Of a DNA stretch of 64,000 nt, positions 19,498-30,554 are shown in pieces. A model generated the notes under the pieces. That model was not told where the DNA came from, made no database searches, and saw only the letters and a list, made by a program, of their open reading frames with translations. This DNA comes from an uncultured Vampirovibrio sp. (GTDB lineage: Bacteria > Cyanobacteriota > Vampirovibrionia > Gastranaerophilales > Gastranaerophilaceae): assembly GCA_964531425.1 (NCBI GenBank), contig CAZHEI010000002.1, positions 7,798 through 71,797 of the forward strand. The letters run 5' to 3'. Position numbers and translations under genes: made by a program. How positions within the stretch are numbered: the first letter of the stretch is position 1; each line of letters begins with the position of its first letter.

Positions 19498-20945
19498 TTA
19501 AGTTTGTAAATTCTGAAATTCCACCGGTCTTTTATCGTTGTTTGTAACGTATAATTTTTTTCTACCCATTTTAAGATATCTTGAGCATAATCGACTCCAA
19601 ATTCACGGAAATAGTATGCAGAAGTGTCATAATCATTCAAAATGATATATTCAGGCTTAATAATTTCTAACCTTTTTATTATCAAATATTCGCCAAAGGT
19701 TTCCACATAAAGCGGAATTAATGAATAAAATTTATTATCACTTTTCCTGTTCGCTAAAACATTAATCGCTAAACACTCCGGATAAACGACAATTTTATCA
19801 GTTTTTAAAGTATTTTCGTTGACATATTTAATGACGTTATCCAATTTCATGTTTTTATGGACAAGAGAATTTATATTAAAAGCTCCTATAATTAAACTCC
19901 AGATTATCATTAAGCTAAAAAGGATTTTTCTAAATTTTTCAGGTACCAGTATAAAAAACGAAATTAATATAAACGGCATAAAATACACACCGTAAGACTG
20001 TAGCGTTAATGCAAGAAACACTTTTGCACTTATTAATAAAGTAGTAATAATAAAAAATATTTCGTTACTTTTAAGAGTTTTAAAGCGAATTATTCCAAGT
20101 AATAAAATGACCGGTAATGCCCATATAATAACTTCTTGATACTGAATCCAATAAATCGGACAGAGGAATTTGACAATATTTGTAATATAAATCGGAATCA
20201 ACTCTAATCTAAATGTCAAACCCATTACAGAATAAAACCAATAAAGGGTTTTTGAGCCACTCATTAAGTTAATAATATTTGCGGTTGAAATAATATCATT
20301 TAGTCTTACTCCCTGAATTGTCAAAATACAACCAGTTATAAATATTGGTAAAATTAAAGATATTAAATTTTTCTTCCAATTAACTAACTTTGACCAATAA
20401 ATTAATAAAGGAAACAGAAGTACAAATTCATATTTGCTAAGAATTGCCAATGAATAAAATAAATACATTAAAGGAAATCTTTTAATTAACCCATAGTATA
20501 AAGAAATTAGTACAAAAAGAGCTCCATATAGAATTCCAAATGAATATGGCAAAAATGAATTAAATACATTTGGAGATAAAACTAGTCCTGAAATTAAAAA
20601 AAGAGATATCCCGAAAGAAAAATTTCTATTTAAAAATATTTCTGATAATTTATTTGTTAAAAATATAATAGAACAAGTTGAAAATAATCCGGCAAAATAT
20701 AATGTGTTTAAACTTGTACCAAAGATTTTCATAATAAAGGCATTAATCAAATATGCAAAAGGAGGATAAATTAGGAAAATATCTTTGTATAAAGTTTTTC
20801 CTTCAATCATTTGCTGTGGAATATAAACTTCTCTAAAAGAATCCACCATAATATCGCCGAATTGTCCGTAAAACAGCACAAAAAACAGAATAACAAACAA
20901 TTCCGGCAAAATAATATGCCAGTTATTTTTTATAAAATCTTTCAA
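19494..20945 (-). CDS. GT-C-fold (PMT/ArnT-like) membrane glycosyltransferase
   Basis: DSFREVY...LYKDIFLIYPP first loop, many TMs, SKYE motif; TTG start. Confidence 0.65.
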   Translation of the reverse strand: MKDFIKNNWHIILPELFVILFFVLFYGQFGDIMVDSFREVYIPQQMIEGKTLYKDIFLIYPPFAYLINAFIMKIFGTSLNTLYFAGLFSTCSIIFLTNKLSEIFLNRNFSFGISLFLISGLVLSPNVFNSFLPYSFGILYGALFVLISLYYGLIKRFPLMYLFYSLAILSKYEFVLLFPLLIYWSKLVNWKKNLISLILPIFITGCILTIQGVRLNDIISTANIINLMSGSKTLYWFYSVMGLTFRLELIPIYITNIVKFLCPIYWIQYQEVIIWALPVILLLGIIRFKTLKSNEIFFIITTLLISAKVFLALTLQSYGVYFMPFILISFFILVPEKFRKILFSLMIIWSLIIGAFNINSLVHKNMKLDNVIKYVNENTLKTDKIVVYPECLAINVLANRKSDNKFYSLIPLYVETFGEYLIIKRLEIIKPEYIILNDYDTSAYYFREFGVDYAQDILKWVEKNYTLQTTIKDRWNFRIYKLN

Positions 20946-20992
20946 TTAAATACTCTTTCTACACAAATCTTAACAAAATAATCAAATTTAGG

Positions 20993-21022
20993 CAATTTTG
21001 TAACAAAAAAATACTTTATATA
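20993..21022 (+). promoter_or_regulatory. Shared bipartite upstream motif, copy 2
   Basis: CAATTTT-N11-ATACTTTATATA; contains a TTGTAAC half-site. Confidence 0.7.
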
Positions 21023-21054
21023 AATGTAAAGGTAGTAGTTAAGGTGTTGTAGAA

Positions 21055-21648
21055 ATGACAGTATTACCAGGGTCATTAGATTATTTATATTATAATGGAA
21101 CGCTTGATCATATTCCGTATGAAGCTTATGAAATGGGTCCTGTAACACCATCCGGCATGGCACAAATGTCAGGAATGGGAACGGGAATTGGTATGGAGTA
21201 TGGTATGAACCCAATTGGTGGATATAATATGAATCCTAACTATCAAATGAATGGCTATGGAATGGGTGGATATGTACCAACTTATCAAATGAATGGTTCA
21301 CAATACCTTCAAGCTGCGCAACAAGGAAGTTTGTATAATAATTACACTACTCAAGACAATTTTGTAAACAGATACAATTCTGATATTTCACAAGGACAAA
21401 ATTGTCCAAAAGGAAATTATGGATTTGGAGAAAATGGAAAAAATTTCCGAGAATCAATAATTGAAGCCGCTTCTGCTACAAAAGACACAGTTTCAAGTTC
21501 TCCAAATTGGATTAAAGGAATTTTAGCTGGTGGAATTATGCTGACGACTCTTTGCATGTTGTTCAAAGGGAAAAAGAAACCAATTCCGCAAATTCACAGT
21601 TCCAGTTTATTATCTAAATTAAATCCTAAAAACTGGATAAAAAAATAA
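21055..21648 (+). CDS. Orphan protein: Gly/Met/Tyr/Asn low-complexity region, C-terminal TM and basic tail
   Basis: YQMNG repeated; WIKGILAGGIMLTTLCMLFKGKKK; followed by a terminator. Confidence 0.75.
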   Translation: MTVLPGSLDYLYYNGTLDHIPYEAYEMGPVTPSGMAQMSGMGTGIGMEYGMNPIGGYNMNPNYQMNGYGMGGYVPTYQMNGSQYLQAAQQGSLYNNYTTQDNFVNRYNSDISQGQNCPKGNYGFGENGKNFRESIIEAASATKDTVSSSPNWIKGILAGGIMLTTLCMLFKGKKKPIPQIHSSSLLSKLNPKNWIKK

Positions 21649-21697
21649 AAACACTATATTAACCTTATTAAAATACCTTATTAATTAACCAATTTTC

Positions 21698-21722
21698 ACG
21701 CCTTTTCAAAGGCGTTTTTTTT
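21698..21722 (+). terminator. Intrinsic terminator
   Basis: ACGCCTTT-TC-AAAGGCGT followed by a T-run. Confidence 0.8.
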
Positions 21723-21759
21723 GCTGATAATTTGTCAAGTTGGCAACTATTCATCACCA

Positions 21760-22719
21760 TCAAATAATTACATCGCCCTGTTTTATTTCTAATGAAATAT
21801 AGTTTTTTGTGAAGATTTTATCCCACTTATTATAAAGCCTAACACCTTTCATTCTCAGGACTTTATTATCTCCACACAAAATCCCTATTGTTTTTGTTTG
21901 AGAATCAACTTCTACTATTGTTCCATAATCAGTATAATCGGATTGATTTTCCTCTATGTTTGTTGAATGTGGATTTGGCGATATTGCAGTTATTTTATGG
22001 TAAAAATAGGTTTTATTCCAAGGGTGATTAGCTCTAATTAGTGCATAATTTTCTTCTGCCGTTTTCTTAAAATCCAACTCAAATTCATCAGGATGCGAAT
22101 AATAAGTTGCTTTATCCTCTCTTTGCTGCAACGGGATTATAATATCTTCCTTTAAAGCCTTCAAGAGCTCACAGGCAACTCCTCTTGCCGTAAGTACAGT
22201 TCTCTGTTTTAGACTTTCTCCGGTATCAGAAGGGTATATTTTAATCTCTTCTTGTGCAAGAATAGCACCGCTATCAAAACCTTCATCAATCAAATGAAAA
22301 GTTACACCACTAGTTTGCTCTAAATTCCTAATTGTCCAAAAATAAGGATTTGGACCTCTGTATTTCGGAAGCAATGAGGGATGTGCATTTATTGTCGCAA
22401 TTTTGGGAATATTAAATGTAGCTTTTTCAAATTTTTCCCCCCAAGAACCTACCAAAATTATATCGGGATTGAGTTTTAAAAGTTGTTTGCGGAATTCATT
22501 GGAATTAACACTCTTTGCTTTTATTTCAGGCAAATTATAACTTTTAATATAACTATATTCTACGGAAGGATTGAACATATCCTTGATTGATTTTACAAAC
22601 GGAGAGTATTTTAAAGTATCTTTTCTCAAAACTCCCACAATTTGACAATTCGCATCAAGAGTTGCAGCAATTAAATTTGTAAACATTTCGCCATATCCAA
22701 CAATGACTACTTTAAGCAT
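21760..22719 (-). CDS. Formyltransferase (Fmt/ArnA-like)
   Basis: NAHPSLLPKYRG and DEGFDSG motifs. Confidence 0.8.
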   Translation of the reverse strand: MLKVVIVGYGEMFTNLIAATLDANCQIVGVLRKDTLKYSPFVKSIKDMFNPSVEYSYIKSYNLPEIKAKSVNSNEFRKQLLKLNPDIILVGSWGEKFEKATFNIPKIATINAHPSLLPKYRGPNPYFWTIRNLEQTSGVTFHLIDEGFDSGAILAQEEIKIYPSDTGESLKQRTVLTARGVACELLKALKEDIIIPLQQREDKATYYSHPDEFELDFKKTAEENYALIRANHPWNKTYFYHKITAISPNPHSTNIEENQSDYTDYGTIVEVDSQTKTIGILCGDNKVLRMKGVRLYNKWDKIFTKNYISLEIKQGDVII

Positions 22720-23561
22720 ATTTTCACATCCTTCTCTATTTGATTCTTTAAATCTTCCAAGCTTTCAAATTTTTTTTCATCTCTTATTTTTGAAACAATT
22801 TCGACTCTTAATCTTTGTCCATACAAATTAGATTCATAATTTGGAATATGAACTTCTAAAAGTTCTTCTGCTCCAATTGTTGGTTTTACTCCCCAATTCA
22901 TAATTGCAGGCATGGCTGCAACATATACTTTATAAACACCATAAGGAATTCTAACAATATTTTGGGGATATTTCATGTTTGCAGTTGGGAACCCTAGTTT
23001 TTGTCCTAATTGTGCTCCTTTTATGACCACAGACTCTATAGAAAAATTTCTAGTCAAAAATTTATTAGCTTTTTCTATATTTCCAACTTTCAGCAATTCT
23101 TTAATTCTTGTTGAACTCACAATCTCATTTTCAATTATAGTAGGCGGTGTACAAATATAATTGTAAGATTCCTGATTCTTTCTTAAAAAATCAGGATTTC
23201 CCTGTTTATTTGCGCCAAATGTATGATTAAATCCTGTAATTATTGAAATGGGATTAAATTTATCAATGAGGTCCTTTAAATAATCATCGGCTGAAATCCT
23301 TGCTAAATTTTTGAAATCACGCTCAAAAATATAATCAACCCCCAAGTTTTCAATCAAGTTATAATTATATTCTCTGGGATAAATATATTCAAACGGAGTC
23401 CTAAAATATTCAGCCGGAGATTTAGAAAAAGTTACAAGGACTTTTATTCCCTGTTTTGAATTTTTTATAACATCACGATGACCGGCATGCACACCATCAA
23501 AAAAGCCTAAAATAAGAGCTGAATTTTGTGGAAAACAAGAATTTTCATAGAGAATTTCCAT
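22707..23561 (-). CDS. ribF: Riboflavin kinase/FAD synthetase
   Basis: GFFDGVHAGH, SSTRIK, LGFPTAN and EVH motifs. Confidence 0.93.
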   Translation of the reverse strand: MEILYENSCFPQNSALILGFFDGVHAGHRDVIKNSKQGIKVLVTFSKSPAEYFRTPFEYIYPREYNYNLIENLGVDYIFERDFKNLARISADDYLKDLIDKFNPISIITGFNHTFGANKQGNPDFLRKNQESYNYICTPPTIIENEIVSSTRIKELLKVGNIEKANKFLTRNFSIESVVIKGAQLGQKLGFPTANMKYPQNIVRIPYGVYKVYVAAMPAIMNWGVKPTIGAEELLEVHIPNYESNLYGQRLRVEIVSKIRDEKKFESLEDLKNQIEKDVKICLK

Positions 23562-23564
23562 GAT

Positions 23565-23783
23565 TTACGCAATTACATCAAATTTGCCTTGCTCAATCTG
23601 ACCATGACAAAAATTCTTCCATTCATTTATTGCATCAAAAATTTTACTTTGTTTATCAGCAACATTCTTTCTGGAGTTTAAAGAATTAAATGCAGTTTCA
23701 GTATAATTATCGTTATTTTTACAATGTAAACCTGAATTTAAGACAGTTTGACAACAGTTAAATGAAATAGCAGAAACTTGCAT
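23565..23783 (-). CDS. Small hypothetical protein (MQVSAISFN...)
   Basis: AGGGG RBS before ATG at 23783; upstream TTGCCA-N17-TAAAAT promoter. Confidence 0.6.
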   Translation of the reverse strand: MQVSAISFNCCQTVLNSGLHCKNNDNYTETAFNSLNSRKNVADKQSKIFDAINEWKNFCHGQIEQGKFDVIA

Positions 23784-23864
23784 ATAAACCCCTTTCCTAT
23801 GAGAAAATTTTACCACAACAATTTTTCTTTGGCAATGGGTTTACTGGGTAAATATTTTAAGATT

Positions 23865-24404
23865 TTAAAATAATGCTTTTAAGCCAAGTCCGACAAGGAT
23901 TAGCCCCGCAAATATTTCTAATCCTTTTGTTGGAAGATTTTTTAGTTTACCACCCAATTTAAAACCCGCAAGAGAGTTTGTAAAGGTAATAATCGTTATT
24001 AAAATAGCCGGTTTTAAAATATGATTTCCATAAAGAGATAAAGATATTCCTGCTGAAAACGCATCAATACTGGTTGCAATTCCAATCATAAAAAGGCATG
24101 ACAAACAGATGCAACATTGTTTTTCCTTATCAGTGTCAAAAGCTTCTTTGATGAATTTTAAACCTAAAAAAACGAATATTGTAAAAATTATAATGCTCGC
24201 ATAAGGAGCAATAAAATTTTTAACAAAAGATGTCATGAAATATCCAAGGCATGGCATAATTCCCTGAAATATCCCTGTAAAAGAGGCTAATAATAAAGCA
24301 TTCTTCACTCTGTTATGCCTGAATGACAATCCGTAAGAAAAGGATACAATACAGGCATCAATAGAAAGCGCCAGCGCTAAAAGAAAAATTTCTAAATAAG
24401 TCAT
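23865..24404 (-). CDS. mntP: Manganese efflux pump MntP
   Basis: ALSIDA and ATSIDA duplicated motifs. Confidence 0.85.
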   Translation of the reverse strand: MTYLEIFLLALALSIDACIVSFSYGLSFRHNRVKNALLLASFTGIFQGIMPCLGYFMTSFVKNFIAPYASIIIFTIFVFLGLKFIKEAFDTDKEKQCCICLSCLFMIGIATSIDAFSAGISLSLYGNHILKPAILITIITFTNSLAGFKLGGKLKNLPTKGLEIFAGLILVGLGLKALF

Positions 24405-24415
24405 AGAACTGCTCC

Positions 24416-25825
24416 CTAGAACACATCCGTTTTAATAGGGTTCTTAAATTTAGTAATATTACCTTGAAATAACAATTTAACTGTACCAACCGGACCATTT
24501 CTGTGCTTAGCAATAATAATTTCAGCCTCGCCTTTGTTAGCAGCTTTTTCCGCTTCTTCCTCTTCACTTTCCGCATTTTTGTAATATTCATCACGATAAA
24601 TAAACATTACAATATCAGCATCTTGTTCAATAGAGCCTGATTCTCTTAAGTCTGAAAGCATTGGACGTTTATCTGTTCTACTTTCTACCGCACGTGATAA
24701 TTGTGAAAGTGAAATAATAGGAACATTTAATTCTTTTGCTAAGATTTTCAAACCTCTTGAAATACTTGAAATTTGTTGCATACGGTCTTCTCGTCCGGTG
24801 CCTTCTATTAATTGTAAGTAGTCAATTACAATTAAACCAAGATTTTTTTCAGCCATCGCAAGACGTCGACATTTTGCTCTCAAATCCGTAATTGTACAAC
24901 CTGCTGTATCATCAATATAAATAGGAGCTTGAGAAAATGCATCCATTGCAACCGCTAATTTTTCCCAATCTTTAGTTTGCATATTACCGGTTTTTAAACG
25001 TTGTGTGTCAACCTCTGCTTCTGAACACAGTAATCTTTGAACAAGCTGTTCTTTTGACATTTCTAAAGAAAATATTGCTACCGGAACATTTGCTTTTAGA
25101 GCAACATTTTGTGCAATATTCAATGCAAAGGATGTTTTACCCATTGCCGGACGGGCTGCCAAAATTATCAAATCTGATTTTTGAAGTCCATTTGTCATTG
25201 TGTCCAAATCATAAAAAGCAGTTGGAGTTCCTGTTAATTTGTCTTTATTTTGATAACGTTCTTCAATTTTTGCATAAGTATCATAAACCAAATCTTTAAT
25301 CGGTAACAATGCTTGAGAAGCTTTTTGAGAAGCTATATCAAATATAAGTTTTTCAGCAACTTCCAAAGATTCTTCAATCGGGTTCAAATCATATCCAGTA
25401 CTAATAATTTCAGAACCTGCGTTAATTAAAGAACGCTTGATTGCTTTCTCTTGAACGATTTTTGCATAATATTCAACGTTAGTTGTTGTAATTGTTTTAT
25501 AACTTAAATCATTAATAAAAGCCCGCCCGCCAACTAGTTCTAACTTTTGGTTAATATTTAATACATCTGAAACTGATACGATATCAATTTTATCTTCACC
25601 ATTATAAAGCTGTAGCATAGCTTCATAAACATATCTGTGAGCAGGTTTGTAAAAAGATTCAGGACGTAGATGCTCTACAACTTTGTTCATACAAACCGGA
25701 CTAACAAGAATCGCACCTAAAATAGCCTCCTCTGCATCTATATTTTGTGGCATCATTTCTGATAGTTCTGCATTATTAACTTTTTTTTGCTTTGTTGAAT
25801 ATGATGTAGACATTTTTTCTCTCAT
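24416..25825 (-). CDS. dnaB: Replicative DNA helicase
   Basis: ARPAMGKT, DYLQL, SQLSR and LRESGSIEQDAD motifs. Confidence 0.97.
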   Translation of the reverse strand: MREKMSTSYSTKQKKVNNAELSEMMPQNIDAEEAILGAILVSPVCMNKVVEHLRPESFYKPAHRYVYEAMLQLYNGEDKIDIVSVSDVLNINQKLELVGGRAFINDLSYKTITTTNVEYYAKIVQEKAIKRSLINAGSEIISTGYDLNPIEESLEVAEKLIFDIASQKASQALLPIKDLVYDTYAKIEERYQNKDKLTGTPTAFYDLDTMTNGLQKSDLIILAARPAMGKTSFALNIAQNVALKANVPVAIFSLEMSKEQLVQRLLCSEAEVDTQRLKTGNMQTKDWEKLAVAMDAFSQAPIYIDDTAGCTITDLRAKCRRLAMAEKNLGLIVIDYLQLIEGTGREDRMQQISSISRGLKILAKELNVPIISLSQLSRAVESRTDKRPMLSDLRESGSIEQDADIVMFIYRDEYYKNAESEEEEAEKAANKGEAEIIIAKHRNGPVGTVKLLFQGNITKFKNPIKTDVF

Positions 25826-25903
25826 TTGTAATAGTTGTACTTATACTATATTGCCAGTAACAAAGTTTACTGACAATAGTATGTTAAAGGATGTTAAATA
25901 TTT

Positions 25904-27292
25904 TTAAATATTCGTCAATTTTTCTCTTAAAGATTCAGCAGAACCTTCATACCCTGCTCTGCCCATCAATGCATAAGTATAATTTTTTGCTTGTTCAACT
26001 CCCGGTTGGTTAAAAGTATTAATGTTATAAAGTTCTCCCGCAATTGCTGTTTGAACCTCTAACATATAAAGGAGTTGAGCAATATTATACTCATCAATTT
26101 TTTCAATACTAATTGTCAAAGTCGGACGTGAGCAATCTGCAAGAGCAACTTTTGTCGAATCAGCTTCCGCATTAATTAAATCATTAATCGTCTTACCCCC
26201 CAAATAGCCGATTCCTGTATATTCAAAAATTCTAGGGATTTCTAAAACTGTATCAAAATTTTCAACTCTTATAAATGTGATAACTTTATCATTAGGACCT
26301 TCATTATAAAGTTGAATTTGTGAGTGCTGATCAGTTGCTCCTAACGCTTTTATAGGTGTTGGACCTATATTAACTTTTTCCCCTCTATTATTAAATTCTT
26401 TTCCCAAAGATTCTGCCCACAGTTGGACATACCAATCAGAAACATATTTTAAACGACTCGAATACGGCATCATAACAGAAAGGCGTTTCCCAAGTTTTGT
26501 GTCCATTAAATATTGAATTAATGCTCCTTGTGCTGCAATATTTTGATTTATATCGGTATTTTTCAGTGCCAAATCCATGTCTTTTATACCGTTCATAATT
26601 TGGTCAATATCTAAACCCACCAGCGCAAAAGGAACAAGACCTACTGCTGAAAATACTGAAAATCTACCACCAACATCATCAGGAACAAAGAAAGTCTTAT
26701 AACCTTCTTGATCGGCAAGTTGCCTTAAAATGCCCATTTTTTTATCGGTTGTTGCAACAATATTTTTACGATAATCATCTCCAAGTTCTTGTTGCAACAA
26801 ATCTTTCACAATCATAAATTGTGACATGGTTTCCGCTGTATCACCGGATTTTGTGATAACATTTACTAAAGTTTTCTTTAAATCTAAAACTTGCAACAAT
26901 CCATTGATTGAATCCGGATCAATATTATCCAAAAAGAAAATTCTAGGGAAATCATTTCTTTGTTCTTTCGTTAAAAGATTCCAATAAGGTTTAAGAATAG
27001 CTTCTGTTACAGCTAAACCGCCTAATGCAGAACCGCCGATACCAAGTACTAAAACATTGTCAAAGCGACCTCTTACCATTGAAGCGAATTCTTTTACATA
27101 CCAAACAGTTTCTTCGTTATAACCAAGATTCATCCATTGAAGCCACTGTCCAAGTTTATCTTTTCTTTGATTTAAACCGGTAATAATGTCTGTAATAGTT
27201 TCACGGTAATTGGCAAATTCTTCAGTTAAATTTAAACCATTTTCAGCACCAATCACAGCTACATCAGTATTTCTATAATTAAGCTTAAGCAT
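25904..27292 (-). CDS. pgi: Glucose-6-phosphate isomerase
   Basis: GIGGSALG, VGGRFSV, QLWAESLGK and QPGVE motifs. Confidence 0.95.
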   Translation of the reverse strand: MLKLNYRNTDVAVIGAENGLNLTEEFANYRETITDIITGLNQRKDKLGQWLQWMNLGYNEETVWYVKEFASMVRGRFDNVLVLGIGGSALGGLAVTEAILKPYWNLLTKEQRNDFPRIFFLDNIDPDSINGLLQVLDLKKTLVNVITKSGDTAETMSQFMIVKDLLQQELGDDYRKNIVATTDKKMGILRQLADQEGYKTFFVPDDVGGRFSVFSAVGLVPFALVGLDIDQIMNGIKDMDLALKNTDINQNIAAQGALIQYLMDTKLGKRLSVMMPYSSRLKYVSDWYVQLWAESLGKEFNNRGEKVNIGPTPIKALGATDQHSQIQLYNEGPNDKVITFIRVENFDTVLEIPRIFEYTGIGYLGGKTINDLINAEADSTKVALADCSRPTLTISIEKIDEYNIAQLLYMLEVQTAIAGELYNINTFNQPGVEQAKNYTYALMGRAGYEGSAESLREKLTNI

Positions 27293-27426
27293 GCCCCTAC
27301 AAAACCTTTCATGACGACCCTTATAAGATAATTGTACTATTAACAATTATTTTTTCAAGATATTTATAATCGGTAACATTTAGGAGTAAAACTATGTGTT
27401 AGATGGTATAGTTACAAATGTTTTTA

Positions 27427-28554
27427 CTATATTCTTGTTTTATTCTTTGCCAATTTAGCACGTTTTTTACGTCGCATCAAATCAACAAATGCTTCCAATC
27501 TTGTAATATACCCTGCTTTACCGGTTTGCTCATCCATAATAAGAGCAAGGAGTGGAATGTCGTGTTCTGCTCTAATTGTTGGGAAAATATTTTGTGACAT
27601 AATTTCCGGCATACAAGTAAACGGAGAAATATGAATAATTCCGTCTTTACCTTTTGAATCCGCAAAAACTACATCAGAAATGCATTCCAACGCATCTCCT
27701 CCAATATCTCTCATCAAATACGGTTTTGCCATTCTTTCTGCTCTTTGCAAGTGAGTTTCTTTGTTTTGGAACGCTTTTGGTATAATCGCATCTTTTAAGA
27801 AACTTCCAACTGTTAAACTTCTTCTTGTTTGCACTCCCATTCTGCCAAGTTCTCGTTCAATATTTTGGTTTGAGAATTCATCATTTACAAGATAAATTTC
27901 ACCTGTCAAATCAACATATAAAACTTCTCTGTTTTCATCAATTTCAGTTTTTTCAATTTCTTTCAATGCTTGCTCGTAAGCTTTTTTTAAATCTTTTGTT
28001 GATTCGACTTTATCAATTATTTTTAAAGCTTTCTTATAATTTCTTTCAGCATCTCCAAATTTAACTTCTCTCGCACGATAATATGACAACGCTTTATCTA
28101 AATCATCAATTACAAAAATTTTTCGCATTGTAATGTTAATTGCTCGCATAATAAGAATAGGGTCATTTTTACCGGAAATATCTCTTAAAAAATTATATAA
28201 ACCTTTTATACCATCATACAAAGAAAGCTCAATATAATTTGCGTTGTAACCTAAATCTTTTAGTGTGCTGTAAATGTTATTTCCATATTCTCCTAAACGA
28301 CAAATCCCAGGAGAGGTAATCATTGCAACATAATCGGCACCACCTTCAATTGCTTCAATAAAATTACCTAGAATAAGTTTATATGGAAGACAAATTGCTT
28401 CCGGAGAATTTTTTGTTCCAAATGATAAGGTTTTTTTACTGGTATATGGCGGAATATAAGGTTCTACCCCGATTTTTCTAAGTCCGGCAGCCCAAGCTAT
28501 AGAAATAGTTCCCATGTGTGGAAATGCAACTTTAACTCTTTTTTGTTTAGCCAT
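27427..28554 (-). CDS. CoA-substrate activase / 2-hydroxyacyl-CoA dehydratase-associated protein (DUF2229-like)
   Basis: SPEAICLPYK, GICRLG, PFTCMPE and TRLEAFVD motifs. Confidence 0.75.
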   Translation of the reverse strand: MAKQKRVKVAFPHMGTISIAWAAGLRKIGVEPYIPPYTSKKTLSFGTKNSPEAICLPYKLILGNFIEAIEGGADYVAMITSPGICRLGEYGNNIYSTLKDLGYNANYIELSLYDGIKGLYNFLRDISGKNDPILIMRAINITMRKIFVIDDLDKALSYYRAREVKFGDAERNYKKALKIIDKVESTKDLKKAYEQALKEIEKTEIDENREVLYVDLTGEIYLVNDEFSNQNIERELGRMGVQTRRSLTVGSFLKDAIIPKAFQNKETHLQRAERMAKPYLMRDIGGDALECISDVVFADSKGKDGIIHISPFTCMPEIMSQNIFPTIRAEHDIPLLALIMDEQTGKAGYITRLEAFVDLMRRKKRAKLAKNKTRI

Positions 28555-28647
28555 TTATACTCCCCTTGTATCAGTTTGATTTTATTTTCTAATCAATTTT
28601 CACTTTTTCATTATACTTCAAAAAAATTTTGTTGTATAATTTGATCT

Positions 28648-30438
28648 ATGGGGAGAATTATTCAACTATCAAAAAACGTAATTAATCAAATTGCGGCAGG
28701 TGAAGTTATTGAAAGACCTTATTCTGTTGTAAAAGAACTTGTTGAGAATTCTATTGATGCAGGTTCTACAAGAATAAGTGTTGAAGTTGCAAATGAATGC
28801 CGAGATTTACGGGTTGCTGACAATGGTTCAGGAATTCATCCGGATGACATTTTGCTTGCTTTTTCAAAACATGCGACCAGTAAAATTCAAACAGGAGAAG
28901 ATTTGTATGACATTCATACAATGGGATTCAGAGGGGAAGCTCTTGCGAGTATAATTTCTATTGCAAAATTAACTTGTACGACCAGAACAAAAGATTTTGA
29001 TTACGGAACAAAGGTTGAATGTCAGGATTCAGAAGTTAAACAAGTTAAAACCGGTTGTGCTGTTGGTACAATCATGGAAATCAAGGATTTGTTCTTCAAT
29101 TTGCCTGTAAGATTAAAATTCCTAAAAAGCCCAAAAACCGAATTGTCCTACATTACAGAATTTTTACAATCAATTTCTTTAGTTCATCCGGAAATTTCAT
29201 TTGAATTAAAATTCAATGGTAAAATTGTTTTTAAAACTACAGCTCAAAATGACCAATTACAAACAATAAAAGAAATTTTTTCAAATGAAGTAACAACAAA
29301 TCTTAAACCTGTTTTAAAAACAGACAAGCTTTCAGGTTTGAAAATTTCCGGATTTGTAAGTTCTCCTGATTACACCAGAGCAAGCAAAAAAGATTATTAT
29401 ATGTATGTAAATTCTCGAATTGTTAAATGTCCGGCATTCCAAAAAGCAATTGATATGGTTTACAGAAATCTTATTGGAAACACAAGATATCCGTTTATTG
29501 TTCTAAATCTCGAGATTCCGCCGGTTGATGTTGACGTAAATGTACACCCAACAAAAAAAGAAGTTCGTTATAAAAATCCGAACCAAATATTTAATTTTAT
29601 TTATTCTGCTGTAGATTCTGCGCTCAAGTCTATTAGAGAACAAGAATCTGTTGAAATACAAACGCCTATTGAGGAGTTTGTGCAAAAATCAGAAGAACCA
29701 ATAATCCAAGAAGAAACTTCTGTTCCGGCAACGGAATCAATTTCTGATATTTTTTCAAAAGGAATTGAAGAAGATTCTAAACCGGTTCTTAATATCCCAA
29801 GACCTAAGCTTGAGGTTGTGCAAAAACCTAAAATAGAACTTATATCCGTTCAATCAAAGTTAATAGAAGAACCTGAATTTATTCAGGAAGATGTAATTAT
29901 TGGTCAGTATAAAAAGACTTATATTCTTATTGAAAAAGAAAATGGGCTTGAAGTAGTTGACCAACATATTGCAGATGAAAGATATATTTATGAAAAATTA
30001 AAAGAGTCTAAAAATATTGATTGTCAGCTTTTATTTATTTCTGATGTAATAGAAGTTTCAGCTTCAGACAAGGTTTTGCTTGAATCAAACAAAGAAAAAT
30101 TAAGCAAATTTGGATATGAAATAGATTTTATTTCTGATACAGAGGTTATTTTCAGGAAAGTTCCTCAATTATTGTCAAAAATCTCACCAAAAGAAATTCT
30201 TGCTGATATTTTAGAAAATATGCACGGGAATTTAGATAATATTGAAGAACAAATATTAATCACAACATCTTGCAAAGCTGCGGTTAAGGCAAACACTTAC
30301 TTAAGCCAATACCAAATGGAAGAAATTATCAAAAATTGGAGAACAACAAAGAATCCTGAGACTTGCCCTCATGGAAGACCTATCGCAAAATTCTTTGAGC
30401 ATAAAGATTTGGCAAAATTTTTCCAACGTAATAAATAA
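28648..30438 (+). CDS. mutL: DNA mismatch repair protein MutL
   Basis: IAAGEVIERP, GFRGEAL, DQHIADER and CPHGRP motifs. Confidence 0.97.
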   Translation: MGRIIQLSKNVINQIAAGEVIERPYSVVKELVENSIDAGSTRISVEVANECRDLRVADNGSGIHPDDILLAFSKHATSKIQTGEDLYDIHTMGFRGEALASIISIAKLTCTTRTKDFDYGTKVECQDSEVKQVKTGCAVGTIMEIKDLFFNLPVRLKFLKSPKTELSYITEFLQSISLVHPEISFELKFNGKIVFKTTAQNDQLQTIKEIFSNEVTTNLKPVLKTDKLSGLKISGFVSSPDYTRASKKDYYMYVNSRIVKCPAFQKAIDMVYRNLIGNTRYPFIVLNLEIPPVDVDVNVHPTKKEVRYKNPNQIFNFIYSAVDSALKSIREQESVEIQTPIEEFVQKSEEPIIQEETSVPATESISDIFSKGIEEDSKPVLNIPRPKLEVVQKPKIELISVQSKLIEEPEFIQEDVIIGQYKKTYILIEKENGLEVVDQHIADERYIYEKLKESKNIDCQLLFISDVIEVSASDKVLLESNKEKLSKFGYEIDFISDTEVIFRKVPQLLSKISPKEILADILENMHGNLDNIEEQILITTSCKAAVKANTYLSQYQMEEIIKNWRTTKNPETCPHGRPIAKFFEHKDLAKFFQRNK

Positions 30439-30554
30439 TGTGTATGCGGAGAAAATTGTGAATTATTCGGTGAATTGTAAATATTTCTTAATAATTGCGC
30501 AATTTTTAATATTGAGTTGTTTTAAGTAGATTGTAGTAAATGAAAGGAATTTTT

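Noticed and set aside
21760-22719. Calling this gene fmt
   Set aside because: Formyltransferase motifs are present, but the N-terminal Fmt signature is absent; it may be a sugar formyltransferase.
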